NCBI GenBank assembly: GCA_964560225.1
Contig: CAZLLD010000005.1
Coordinates: 5,223-69,222 of the forward strand
Direction of reading: 5' to 3'
Length of the DNA: 64,000 bases
Source of the DNA: an uncultured Bacteroidales bacterium
GTDB lineage: Bacteria > Bacteroidota > Bacteroidia > Bacteroidales > UBA10428
Position numbers and translations under genes: made by a program. The first letter of the stretch is position 1. Each line of letters starts with the position of its first letter. Shown in pieces: positions 31,770 to 41,365 of this stretch. The notes under the pieces are model-generated. The model saw nothing but the letters and a program-made list of their open reading frames with translations, had not been told where the DNA came from and did not search any database.

Positions 31770-32370
31770 GTTGACTACTTTTTAAATAATCAATAAGCTT
31801 TCTTTTTGCCCTTACCAATTGTGATCTTGATGTTGATTCACTGATCTGCAGTATCAATGCAATCTCCTCATGATCATAACCTTCAAAAAGCGACAGTGTC
31901 AGAACAACCCTGAATCCGTCAGGTAACTTCTTAACTGCCTCCCTGATTTTCTCAACCATTGCTGCATGATCTCCTTCAACGCCAGCATCATGGTCATCAG
32001 GTGCGGCCAGGTTATATGATTTTTCATTCAATTCCTCAAATTTGATCTTCCTGGCCCTCAGTATATCAATGGACTTATTAATTACGATCCTTTTCAGCCA
32101 TGATCCGAAACTCACTTCACCCTTATAAGAACTGATCTTGGTAAAGGCTGCCAGAAAGGATTCCTGCATCACATCTTCTGCTTCGACCTGATTGTTAAGT
32201 ATGCGGAAACAGGTATTATACATTGCTTTATTATAAAGCCTGTACAATTCTTTCTGCGCCAGCCGGTTACCCTGAGCACACCGTTCTATCAGGTCCTGGT
32301 GAATCGGGTTTCCTTTATCCGGAATCATGTATGCTGTATTAATGACGTATTCATATTCTGAACGCTGCAT
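31753..32370 (-). CDS. ECF-type RNA polymerase sigma-70 factor
   Basis: 205 aa. Region 2 (YRLYNKAMYNTCFRIL...AEDVMQESFLAAF) and region 4 HTH (EGYDHEEIALILQISESTSRSQLVRAKRKL). Confidence 0.85.
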   Translation of the reverse strand: MQRSEYEYVINTAYMIPDKGNPIHQDLIERCAQGNRLAQKELYRLYNKAMYNTCFRILNNQVEAEDVMQESFLAAFTKISSYKGEVSFGSWLKRIVINKSIDILRARKIKFEELNEKSYNLAAPDDHDAGVEGDHAAMVEKIREAVKKLPDGFRVVLTLSLFEGYDHEEIALILQISESTSRSQLVRAKRKLIDYLKSSQHEDYR

Positions 32371-32399
32371 TTATCTGAATAAAAGTATCAGATTCGTTT

Positions 32400-33098
32400 T
32401 TAAGGATTTGCCGGAATGATGGGCTGATATAACTGGAAACACTGAACTGCAAGAAATGAAGGCATTTCATTGAACTCATGATTGACATAATAAACCACAC
32501 CGCAACCCAGCTGAAGCGCATCCTTTGAAAGCAGATTGTTCCGGTGGTCTCTGGAATTCATCCAGCCTTTAATAAAAGTTTCACCAAGTGACAAATAGGT
32601 ATGTGGCTTTATCAGTACTCCTTCCGCTGTTTTACTGAATTTACCAGGGCCTCTCGTGTAAACCGTTTCATTGGGCTGGTACTGCAAACCAAACCCCTCG
32701 ATGATATTTTCGGCCAGGAAGGGATTGGTAACCAGGCATAATTTTGCCCGGTCATTGGGCGTTCTTTTGCTGGCATCTGTTTCATTGAAATGGCTGAAAA
32801 AACTCCCGTTGTTCATATCCCTTGCATGCATCAAAGCTGCCATTTCAAGTTCGGTTGAATGCATCAGCGGGCTGAGCTTATGGGCCAAACGTGTTTCATT
32901 GGTAAGATGAAAAATAACTGCGTTAATTCTTTGTATATCAACATTTATAAAGTCGACTGGTTCCAGAAACGCCTTCTCTTTTCTAAAACTACGATAATCA
33001 TAAACACTATAATAATCCGGCTGCTGTGATTTTACCGCGACATTCAAGAACAGGCAAAATGCTGCAAACAGCATATATGATTTCTTTGAATAACTCAT
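32400..33098 (-). CDS. CAP/SCP-domain secreted protein
   Basis: Start chosen at MSYSKKSYMLFAAFCLFLNVAVKSQ. CAP-like motifs include ...AALMHARDM....GSFFSH and GWMNSRDHRNNLL. The track ORF extends to 33173. Confidence 0.6.
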   Translation of the reverse strand: MSYSKKSYMLFAAFCLFLNVAVKSQQPDYYSVYDYRSFRKEKAFLEPVDFINVDIQRINAVIFHLTNETRLAHKLSPLMHSTELEMAALMHARDMNNGSFFSHFNETDASKRTPNDRAKLCLVTNPFLAENIIEGFGLQYQPNETVYTRGPGKFSKTAEGVLIKPHTYLSLGETFIKGWMNSRDHRNNLLSKDALQLGCGVVYYVNHEFNEMPSFLAVQCFQLYQPIIPANP

Positions 33099-33274
33099 GG
33101 TTGCATAGGATATGGTATAAAAATACACAATTGATTGAAATTGTTTGTGATTTTTGTGGGGCTTTGGATACATTTTATAATATATTTAATCCCTGAAATA
33201 TTTAAGCTGTTGGTCATGACAATAAGCCTGACCCTCCGGTTTTTTTATTACCGTTTCTGAATGCCTCACCTATA

Positions 33275-34768
33275 GTGCTAATGCAAAATCTGACCAAAAC
33301 AATACTCATTGTCACAGCATCCTCGGATGTTTATATAACCATCAGGCAGACTTTTATCGTAAAAGACCCTGATCTGATTACAATACAGGCTGATACAATA
33401 TCATCCGCAAGACATATTATCGAGAATACTTCTGTAAGTGCAGTTATCGGCGACTATTCCCTGCCTGACGGGATCAGTGTTGATCTGATTCCTTTATTAA
33501 AACAAGTGCCACTCATTGTTCTTTTTGATGAAGGAAACGAAGACAAATTTCTTTCTGTTCTTCTTGCCGGTGCGTTTTCAATTATGGTCAGAGACAGCAA
33601 AAACTTCTATACCGACTCCCTGCACTTTTTCGTAAGCCGTTCAATAGAAAGATCGGTTCAACAGACAGAACTGGCCCGGTACCGGATGCAACTTGAAGCC
33701 ATCATTGATGAACGGACCACTGCACTCATTGAAATGTATGAGAAGCTCCAGGAAAATGAAGCTAACTTCAGGAACATTTTCCAATGCGCAGGCGATTGCA
33801 TGATCATAACTGATTATGATTTGCAGTTCATTGAAGCCAATGAAGCCTTGTACAAGCAATTTGGCGTTACGCGTGAATTTCTGTCTTCAGTCAGCATGAT
33901 TGATTATTTGCTGCCCGACTTTAAGGCCTCTATTCTTGAGCGTGTTTCTTCAATGCATAAAGGATTTCCAACAGGCATTATGGAAATTGAAGTTAAATCA
34001 CCTGCTCACGGCAAAGTTGTTCCTTACGAAATCAACAGTGTTCCGATTGTATTTAACCAGAAAAAGGCAATCCTCACTGTTATACGCGACCTCACCGAAC
34101 GCAAATTGATGGCCCGCAAGCTATTCGAAACCATAATACAAACAGAAGAGCAGGAACGTTCACGGATTGCCAGGGACTTGCATGATGAAATCGGTCCGCT
34201 GATATCAGCCTTAAAAATTTACACTTCTTCATTTTCAGAATCAACTGACGCTGAGAGAAAAAATGAAATCGCCGGTCAGATAGAAAAAATTTCCCGCGAC
34301 CTGATTGATTCTGTGAAGACCATTTCTAATGACATGAGTCCGCATGTTCTCGAAAATTTTGGCTTGTATTCCGCAATAAAAGGTATCATCAATCTGTTTT
34401 CAGATGACATCCGAATTTCTTTTTCCAATAACATTTCCGAAATGCGGTTTCCGATTACGGTTGAATCAGTAATCTACAGGGTTTTCAAAGAGCTGATTAA
34501 CAATACCGTGCGTCATGCCCATGCAAAAAATATTTATATTAACATGGACTTTATTGATTCAGTTTTGTTATGTAATTACAGGGACGATGGTATTGGTTTT
34601 GATGTTTCGCAAAGCACCAACTCTCCGGTTAAAGGAATGGGAATCAACAATATAATAACCCGGATCAAATCACTGGGAGGTGAATATGAAATTCATACCA
34701 GTCCCGGAAGTGGCTTTGAAGTCAATTTTGCCATAATTACTAATCCGAAACCTGCTGATGCAAGATAA
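33275..34768 (+). CDS. Hybrid-like sensor histidine kinase: degenerate receiver, PAS, and HisKA_3/HATPase (NarX/LiaS class)
   Basis: 497 aa. PAS region (FRNIFQCAGDCMIITD), H-box RIARDLHDEIGPLISAL, and ATPase motif NNTVRHA...GMGINNI. An ATG at 33281 is an alternative start. Confidence 0.85.
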   Translation: MLMQNLTKTILIVTASSDVYITIRQTFIVKDPDLITIQADTISSARHIIENTSVSAVIGDYSLPDGISVDLIPLLKQVPLIVLFDEGNEDKFLSVLLAGAFSIMVRDSKNFYTDSLHFFVSRSIERSVQQTELARYRMQLEAIIDERTTALIEMYEKLQENEANFRNIFQCAGDCMIITDYDLQFIEANEALYKQFGVTREFLSSVSMIDYLLPDFKASILERVSSMHKGFPTGIMEIEVKSPAHGKVVPYEINSVPIVFNQKKAILTVIRDLTERKLMARKLFETIIQTEEQERSRIARDLHDEIGPLISALKIYTSSFSESTDAERKNEIAGQIEKISRDLIDSVKTISNDMSPHVLENFGLYSAIKGIINLFSDDIRISFSNNISEMRFPITVESVIYRVFKELINNTVRHAHAKNIYINMDFIDSVLLCNYRDDGIGFDVSQSTNSPVKGMGINNIITRIKSLGGEYEIHTSPGSGFEVNFAIITNPKPADAR

Positions 34769-35396
34769 GAAATACAAAGTTATCCTGGCGGATGATCACA
34801 CCTTATTCAGGCAGGGACTCAAGCTGATTCTTGAAGACCTGAAAGATATAGAGGTAATCGCAGATGTTTCAAACGGGAAAGAACTTATTGAAGCTGCCCG
34901 ACCGCTCAAACCCGATCTGATCATCATGGATATCAACATGCCCATTGTGAATGGCATTGAGGCTAGCCGGACCCTGTTGCAGGAAGATCCCAACATGAAA
35001 ATTCTGGTTATATCGATGTACGGGGATGAACAATATTACAACAGTGTCATTGAAAACGGGGTTAGCGGCTTCATTCTGAAAGATGCGGAAAATGAAGAGC
35101 TCAAGGCTGCCATCAGAATGATTTTAAGTGGCAGAACCTATTTTTCGCAGAGCCTGTTGCTGACCCTGATCAGAAACAGGCAATCGTCAGTTCAGATTAG
35201 CCTGTCGCAGCGCGAAAATGAAATTCTGAACCTGATTTGTGAAGGATTGAGTTCAGCTGAAATAGCCAATAAGTTGTTTATAAGTGAACGAACAGTAGAA
35301 AACCACCGGGCTAACCTGCTCGACAAAACCGGGTGCCGGAATTCTCTTTCGCTTGTAATATATGCTTTTAAGAATAACCTGGTTAACCTGAAATAA
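34758..35396 (+). CDS. NarL/LuxR-family response regulator
   Basis: 212 aa. Receiver with VILADDH and DLIIMDINMP; C-terminal LuxR HTH with LSQRENEILNLICEGLSSAEIANKLFISERTVENHR. Overlaps the kinase gene by 11 nt. Confidence 0.9.
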   Translation: MQDKKYKVILADDHTLFRQGLKLILEDLKDIEVIADVSNGKELIEAARPLKPDLIIMDINMPIVNGIEASRTLLQEDPNMKILVISMYGDEQYYNSVIENGVSGFILKDAENEELKAAIRMILSGRTYFSQSLLLTLIRNRQSSVQISLSQRENEILNLICEGLSSAEIANKLFISERTVENHRANLLDKTGCRNSLSLVIYAFKNNLVNLK

Positions 35397-35405
35397 CGCT
35401 TCACA

Positions 35406-35927
35406 TCAGTTAAGGACGGCCTTGATCAGGGCAGCAAAGAAATAAAAGGCAAGCACTGCAGATACGGCAATTTTCATAAAAGTTCCTGCAAGAAATCCGA
35501 TGAAGGATCCGATGGCTGCACGCATGGCTTTCTGTGAGTCCTGACCAGCTGACCGCTCACCAATCAATGCCCCGATAAACGGCCCTCCCAGAATACCCAA
35601 CAAGCCAAACGGCCCCAACACAATACCCATCATGGGCAGCAATATGACACCAACAATCAGTCCGATGGTGCTGCCCCTGACGCCCGCTCTGGTACCGCCG
35701 AATTTTTTGGTACCCCAAATGGGAACCACATAATCAAGAACAGCTACAATAAGTACGATAACAGCCCATACTATGAGCATTTTCAATGAGAACTGGGCAA
35801 AACGGGTCCAATGAATCAGGAGAAGTCCCAGATAGCTTAACGGGGGACCAGGCAGACCGGGCAAGATACTACCAACAACCCCGACCAGGATACATATGGC
35901 GCCGAGTATGACCAGCAGGTATTCCAT
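35406..35927 (-). CDS. DUF456-family small membrane protein
   Basis: 173 aa, Gly-rich transmembrane helices, N-terminal motif ILPGLPGPPLSYLG. Confidence 0.55.
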   Translation of the reverse strand: MEYLLVILGAICILVGVVGSILPGLPGPPLSYLGLLLIHWTRFAQFSLKMLIVWAVIVLIVAVLDYVVPIWGTKKFGGTRAGVRGSTIGLIVGVILLPMMGIVLGPFGLLGILGGPFIGALIGERSAGQDSQKAMRAAIGSFIGFLAGTFMKIAVSAVLAFYFFAALIKAVLN

Positions 35928-35995
35928 AATGTAAAAATAGGAAATATTATGAAACCTGACAGCGATTTACCAACAAGGTCTTTGAATCAACAAAA

Positions 35996-37318
35996 TTAGT
36001 CGTCACCTCTTTCAATCAGCATTTCCTGTTGCTGTATGTGTTTTTGCTTATGGGGGGCATGCGGATGCCAGCCAAGTAAAAATACCATCACTGCAAACCC
36101 AACTACATAAGCTAAAGCTACATGCCAGCCTTTTTTCAAATAATCTACGGTATTCCTGGTTTCGGGAAAGAGGTTTGACATGGCCACTCCCGCCGAAGAA
36201 CCGAACCAGATCATGGAGCCGCCGAAGCCCACTGCATAGGCCAGCACGCCCCAATCATAACCACCCTGTTCCAAACAAAGTTTGGTGAGCGGAATATTAT
36301 CAAATACAGCGGAGATGAATCCGAGTGCAAATGCAGTCCACGCCGAAGCCGGAGGCAGTTCCTCAACCGGCATGAGGGAGGCAATGGTTACCAGCGACAT
36401 CAGAAACACGGTACCCATCCAGGCTTTCTTCATTTCATGCCAGGGTGTTTTTCGGATCAGGTTTCCGATGAGAATTCCGATCCATACGCCCAATGCGGGA
36501 AAATCAAAGAAGTAGTTGGTAGCTATGGCACAAACCAGGATCATAAAAACGATACCAATTCTGGTCCAGTCAACCTTAATCCTTTTACTGGCGTCTTTTT
36601 TAATTCGGTGAAACCGATCCTGTTGAACTGAACCCACAACACCAAATACCAATAGTGCGGCAAAAGAAGCAACAAAAGCGTGCAGCACATCGAGCGGATT
36701 CACGCCGTCGATCCACATCAAAGTGGTTGTGGTATCACCCACAACGCTTCCGGCTCCGCCGGCATTGGATGCCGCAATAATTGCTGCAAGGAAACCAATA
36801 TGCAATTTTCCTTTATAAACAACCATGGCAATGGTTCCCCCGATCATTGCAGCGGCAATGTTGTCCAGAAAGGCAGAGAGAATAAATACAAAGATCAGCA
36901 GAACAAAGCCCCCCTTCCAGTCGTCAGGCAGGTAATGAGGCAGTATATCCGGGAATTTCGATTCTTTAAAAATCTCAGCCAGAATGGCAAATCCAAACAG
37001 CAAACCGAGCAGATTCAGGAGAATTCTCCATTCACCTTCGTGTGCTTCGGTGCCAACAATATGATCAATGAAAGAGAAATCTGTAAACAGGTATTTCACA
37101 ATGAGAACTGCAGCCAGGCCTGTTAAAGCCACATACATGGTTTTGTGGTGAAAGATGGCGACGCAGATCAATGTTATTGCAAAGAGAATGAACTCAATGC
37201 GTATTCCAGCTATGGCAGGCATTTTCCCATCTGCAGCCATCAAAGCCTGGCTGGAAAAAAGAAGCAACAGTAAAATCGCGGGGATTCGAATCTTTTTTAA
37301 CAATTCAGCTATTCTCAT
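35996..37318 (-). CDS. ArsB/NhaD-superfamily permease (NhaD-like Na+/H+ antiporter)
   Basis: 440 aa, polytopic. Motifs LSAFLDNIAAA, SNAGGAGSVVGDTTTTLMW and SAVFDNIPLT resemble the NhaD family. Confidence 0.55.
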   Translation of the reverse strand: MRIAELLKKIRIPAILLLLLFSSQALMAADGKMPAIAGIRIEFILFAITLICVAIFHHKTMYVALTGLAAVLIVKYLFTDFSFIDHIVGTEAHEGEWRILLNLLGLLFGFAILAEIFKESKFPDILPHYLPDDWKGGFVLLIFVFILSAFLDNIAAAMIGGTIAMVVYKGKLHIGFLAAIIAASNAGGAGSVVGDTTTTLMWIDGVNPLDVLHAFVASFAALLVFGVVGSVQQDRFHRIKKDASKRIKVDWTRIGIVFMILVCAIATNYFFDFPALGVWIGILIGNLIRKTPWHEMKKAWMGTVFLMSLVTIASLMPVEELPPASAWTAFALGFISAVFDNIPLTKLCLEQGGYDWGVLAYAVGFGGSMIWFGSSAGVAMSNLFPETRNTVDYLKKGWHVALAYVVGFAVMVFLLGWHPHAPHKQKHIQQQEMLIERGDD

Positions 37319-37406
37319 ATGTAAAAATGAATATTATTTAGTTTTTAAACCGGGCAAAGATAAGAACTCAAAACGTAAAACAAGAATAAAAAGATTAAAA
37401 GCGATT

Positions 37407-38408
37407 TCAGGATCCAAGGGTTGCCACCATAACTGCTTTAATGGTATGAACCCGGTTTTCGGCCTCATCGAAAACAATGGAAGCAGGTGATTCAAAGACT
37501 TCTTCAGTAACCTCCATGGATTCAAGTCCGAATTTCTGATAGATTTCTTCACCAATTTTAGTTTGCCGGTTGTGATATGCCGGAAGGCAATGCAGGAATT
37601 TAACATTTTTATTGCCCGTCAGCTTCAATACATCCATATTCACCTGGTAGGGCTTGAGCAGACTAATTCTTTCGTCCCACACAGAAGCAGGTTCACCCAT
37701 GGAAACCCAGACGTCGGTGTACAGAAAATCAGCGTCTTTGACGGCTTTTGCAACATCATCGGTTATGGTTACCGAAGCGCCGGTTGACAAGGCTATATCT
37801 TTACAAGTTTTCACAAGGGCTTCAGCAGGTTGGCAGGCTTTTGGAGCAGCTGCCCTGAAATCGATTCCCATTTTGGCGCAACCCACCATCAGCGAATTAC
37901 CCATATTATTGCGGGCATCGCCCAGGTAACAGAATTTCAATTGGCTAAGGGGTTTATCACTATGCTCGATCATGGTCATCAGGTCTGCCAGCACCTGGGT
38001 AGGATGAAATTCATCGGTAAGGCCATTCCACACTGGCACTCCTGAATAGGCAGCCAGGTCTTCGACTGTTTTTTGAGAAAATCCCCTGTACTCGATTCCG
38101 TTGAACATTCTGCCCAACACACGGGCTGTATCTTTCACCGATTCTTTATGACCTATTTGTGAACTCACCGGGTCAAGATACGTTACATGCGCACCCTGGT
38201 CATGTGCTGCGACTTCAAAAGCACATCGTGTACGGGTGGAAGTCTTTTCAAAGATCAGGGCAATGTTTTTGCCTGTCAGGCGGGGTAGTTCAGTACCGCT
38301 GTATTTTGCCTTTTTCAAATCGAATGAAAGATCCAGTAGAAATTTGATCTCAGCGGGAGTGAAATCCAATAGTTTCAGGAAACTGCGGTTGCGTAAATTG
38401 AATGGCAT
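37407..38408 (-). CDS. argF: Ornithine carbamoyltransferase (canonical ArgF/ArgI/ArcB type)
   Basis: 333 aa. Carbamoyl-phosphate motif STRTR, HPTQ, ornithine motif DVWVSMG, and HCLPA. By my recollection it aligns along its full length with E. coli ArgI. Confidence 0.92.
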   Translation of the reverse strand: MPFNLRNRSFLKLLDFTPAEIKFLLDLSFDLKKAKYSGTELPRLTGKNIALIFEKTSTRTRCAFEVAAHDQGAHVTYLDPVSSQIGHKESVKDTARVLGRMFNGIEYRGFSQKTVEDLAAYSGVPVWNGLTDEFHPTQVLADLMTMIEHSDKPLSQLKFCYLGDARNNMGNSLMVGCAKMGIDFRAAAPKACQPAEALVKTCKDIALSTGASVTITDDVAKAVKDADFLYTDVWVSMGEPASVWDERISLLKPYQVNMDVLKLTGNKNVKFLHCLPAYHNRQTKIGEEIYQKFGLESMEVTEEVFESPASIVFDEAENRVHTIKAVMVATLGS

Positions 38409-38469
38409 AATATTGAATTTTGATGTTCTGTAAATATCGAAATCGAGTGATTTTGTGAAAGCCCAGATA

Positions 38470-38580
38470 ATAATGAATTACAAAGATAATGAATCAGGCA
38501 GATTCCCGAATGACATTTATCATTTAATGTATTTTTATGCTAATATATTTTATATTAATACATTAAAGATAATTCATTAT
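38470..38580. promoter_or_regulatory. Cluster of repeated AT-rich motifs upstream of the OTC gene: ATAATGAAT at 38470 and 38486 (direct), its inverse at 38572, and a 10-bp inverted repeat TTTAATGTAT / ATACATTAAA (38523-38532 and 38558-38567)
   Basis: Direct reading. TGAAT is the conserved half-site of ArgR ARG boxes. Confidence 0.3.
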
Positions 38581-38706
38581 TCAATGCCGGTGTGTTAATC
38601 ATCTCGATAATGATTTTTATCTTTGAAAAAGGGGGTATTGATCAATGATTCTGAACTTCGCCCTATCCACACACGTAAACGGCACAAAGGCATTTAACAA
38701 AACTAC

Positions 38707-39390
38707 ATGAGAAATCATCTGCTCGCAATTCTCGTATTATTTTCTTTTATTAGTGCTTCATGCAAAAAATCCGCTGATCGAAGTGCCATCATATCCGGAA
38801 GAATTGATTACAAGATCACCTATCTGAATCCCGACATTGATAAAAAAACCGCCAGTTTACTCCCAAGCCGAATGAAACTGCTGTTCAATGAAAAACATGC
38901 ATCAAACAACATTGAAGGGTTTATGGGTGTTTATAAAATCAATGCGTTCACAAACTTCCACACGCGCAAATGTTCAACCATTCTGAAAGTTTTTGAAAAA
39001 CATTACATCTTTAAAGGAGGCCGGGACGAGCAGATGTGCTGTTTTGATACCATGGACGGAATGGAGATAGAATATACCAAAGACACCAAAAAGATTGCGG
39101 GCTTTAACTGTAAAAGGTGCATCATCACACTTCCCGAAACAGACGAAACAATTGATGTTTATTTTACCGAGGAGATCAAGCTTAAACATCCAAATTCCAC
39201 AAATCCATACAAAGAAATTGAAGGCGTGCTGATGGAATTTGAATTAAAACTCCTGTACCTTAACATGCATTTCATTGCTGAAAAATACGAACCCTTGCAG
39301 AAAAACAATATTACGGTAAAAACACCTGAAAACGCAAAAAATGTGACTCGTGAACAGATGACACAGATTTTGAGCAGGTTGATGGAATAA
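38707..39390 (+). CDS. Hypothetical lipoprotein
   Basis: 227 aa. Lipoprotein signal LFSFISASCKK. No confident family assignment. Confidence 0.5.
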   Translation: MRNHLLAILVLFSFISASCKKSADRSAIISGRIDYKITYLNPDIDKKTASLLPSRMKLLFNEKHASNNIEGFMGVYKINAFTNFHTRKCSTILKVFEKHYIFKGGRDEQMCCFDTMDGMEIEYTKDTKKIAGFNCKRCIITLPETDETIDVYFTEEIKLKHPNSTNPYKEIEGVLMEFELKLLYLNMHFIAEKYEPLQKNNITVKTPENAKNVTREQMTQILSRLME

Positions 39391-39406
39391 AGAGGAGCAG
39401 CAGCTT

Positions 39407-41365
39407 TTAGCGGTAATCAACCACTGAAGGTTTTGTTGGCAGAAAATCCTGGAACCGTGAGCGTGCCAGGTAATCAATAATAAAGTAACTGGCAGTGGCA
39501 TCATGGGGCATACCCGGGTAAACACCCAGTCTGATTACAATGTTATCAAAAATCAACTGGTCATTTCTGATTCTGACACCGGTGTTGATGCCCATGAACA
39601 ACCTGGTTTCGTCCATCCTTAGTTTTTCTGCAGTAACAACACCAAGATCAAACCTTCCGAAAAAGGCAAAACGGAATCCAAGAAATTTATAAGGACTGAA
39701 AATTTGAGTTTCGAGGTTTAATACAAGCTTATTATTCCAGCGCATTAGCGGACTCGAAAGTCCAGTTACGCCGCTTCCGTTCTCAACACTGACATACTCG
39801 CCCTGATAACGTTTGATCCCGTGCACATAAGTATAACTTACCAGATGCCTGAAATGATAACGATTGGGATGATACAGCGGAGAAATGTAATTTGTTTGCA
39901 GCCTGAAGGCGCCTTGTTCTATTAGCCCCTCGCTGATGAAAGCCCCGAAAGCTATGCGGGCAGACCAATACGCTGTACTGTTCTTGAAATAATTGCCAAA
40001 GGCAGCCCCAATTCCCAGGTAGGGACGATTTTTCACATGCCCCCATTCATGACCTGCTGTAATTTGGAATTGATAACCGAAGGGAACATCTTCGACTCTG
40101 CCGAATGTATAAATCATTTTATCTTTTTTGAATCCTTCGTGCGAAATTCCGGTAGAGAAAAGCAACAAGGTCTTGTCCTGGAATGAGTATAAATGCTCGC
40201 TTAAGGTTGTCTGTTTGTCCTGATTTTCATATTGATTGATCCGTGCTGTCAGAAAAAAAACCGATTTGGTCCACTTTGAACGGGATTTCAACGGCAGAAG
40301 ACGCCCTGCCCAGAAGTCTGTTATGGAATACTTCAGATTTACATTGTAAAGAGTTGTATCAAGCAAAACAACATTCCTGATCAATTCGGTGTTTTCAAAC
40401 AAAAAGCCGCCGGCATTCCTGAAACTGGTACTTCTGAAATCCCGGAGAAAATTAACCGAATAGGTTTCCTGATTCCATTTATGAATATATTCCATTCTCC
40501 CTGAGGCAAATGTTCCTGCCAGGTTGGATGTACCATAGGAAAACCTGTAGCCGATGTGTGGTTTATTCTCCATATCCCAATAGGTTGTGGCTTCCAATTG
40601 ATGTCCGAATCCCAGCATGTTATGATTGGACAGTCCCAAAACAGCCAGAGTTGCTTTCGACATATCAACTTCCAAACCCACAGGAAGCATGTCCTGTGTC
40701 AGCAGTATCAGATCAACAGAATCGGTGCCATTAACCGGAATGGCCAGGAATTTTGCATCCATGATGAAAGACAGGTTTCTGAACAGACGCTCGTTCTCAG
40801 CCGCAAGAAAAACATCCAACTGATCACCGGGTTTTATTAAAAGATGTCTCTTTAAAACCTGATTACGTGTATCGCGATGCAGTGTATTAATGGTTTTTTC
40901 AAACCAGTCGCGCGGTACATAACCTGTATCCGTAACTTCAGAAGCAAAAATATCTACCTTAACAAAATCAATGCGCCTGATAATTTTGCCGTCCATTGCT
41001 GCCATACCCGCATTGTTGTAAGGAGTCCACTTTTTTACTGTATCCCTTGTACCTTGCCTGATGAGCAGGTTGTACAGCTCTTTTCTAAAACGTGAACTGT
41101 ATTTGCTATACATCAATACGCTGTCAATGGGTTTTTCCAACATCGGCCTTCTGGAAAAATCTATGGGAGTATGATATGAAACCATCGTATCCTTTCTTTC
41201 CACCAGTTTCTCGATAACACCCAGGCTATCAATATCATTTACCTGTGCCCTGAGATGCAGACCGGCATGTGACAATGAAACGATAAATACAAGAAGTACG
41301 GAACGATTCCAAAGCAGCTCCTTCATGGTTTCATCATGTAATTTACTCACAACCATGTTCTTCAA
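39407..41365 (-). CDS. Putative Omp85/BamA-like outer-membrane protein (POTRA-like segment plus C-terminal barrel)
   Basis: 652-aa ORF. The likely real start is MKELLWNRSVLLVFIVSLSHAG at 41326. POTRA-like IRRIDFVKVDIF...VLKRHLLIKPGDQLD.....ENERLFRNLSFI. Beta-strand-rich C-terminal half ending in ...VVDYR. Confidence 0.45.
   Translation of the reverse strand: MKNMVVSKLHDETMKELLWNRSVLLVFIVSLSHAGLHLRAQVNDIDSLGVIEKLVERKDTMVSYHTPIDFSRRPMLEKPIDSVLMYSKYSSRFRKELYNLLIRQGTRDTVKKWTPYNNAGMAAMDGKIIRRIDFVKVDIFASEVTDTGYVPRDWFEKTINTLHRDTRNQVLKRHLLIKPGDQLDVFLAAENERLFRNLSFIMDAKFLAIPVNGTDSVDLILLTQDMLPVGLEVDMSKATLAVLGLSNHNMLGFGHQLEATTYWDMENKPHIGYRFSYGTSNLAGTFASGRMEYIHKWNQETYSVNFLRDFRSTSFRNAGGFLFENTELIRNVVLLDTTLYNVNLKYSITDFWAGRLLPLKSRSKWTKSVFFLTARINQYENQDKQTTLSEHLYSFQDKTLLLFSTGISHEGFKKDKMIYTFGRVEDVPFGYQFQITAGHEWGHVKNRPYLGIGAAFGNYFKNSTAYWSARIAFGAFISEGLIEQGAFRLQTNYISPLYHPNRYHFRHLVSYTYVHGIKRYQGEYVSVENGSGVTGLSSPLMRWNNKLVLNLETQIFSPYKFLGFRFAFFGRFDLGVVTAEKLRMDETRLFMGINTGVRIRNDQLIFDNIVIRLGVYPGMPHDATASYFIIDYLARSRFQDFLPTKPSVVDYR

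Noticed and set aside
33205-33250. GGTCA-N12-TGACC hairpin followed by CTCCGGTTTTTTT upstream of the histidine kinase gene, considered as a possible small-RNA terminator.
   Set aside because: The stem is only 5 bp, the T-run is separated from it by 6 nt, and no upstream plus-strand transcription unit is evident.
40253-40260. T8 (coding-strand) homopolymer inside the Omp85-like gene, considered as a phase-variation tract.
   Set aside because: It is only 8 nt, encodes an ordinary V-F-F segment, and has no nearby alternative start. It is below the length usually associated with slipped-strand switching.
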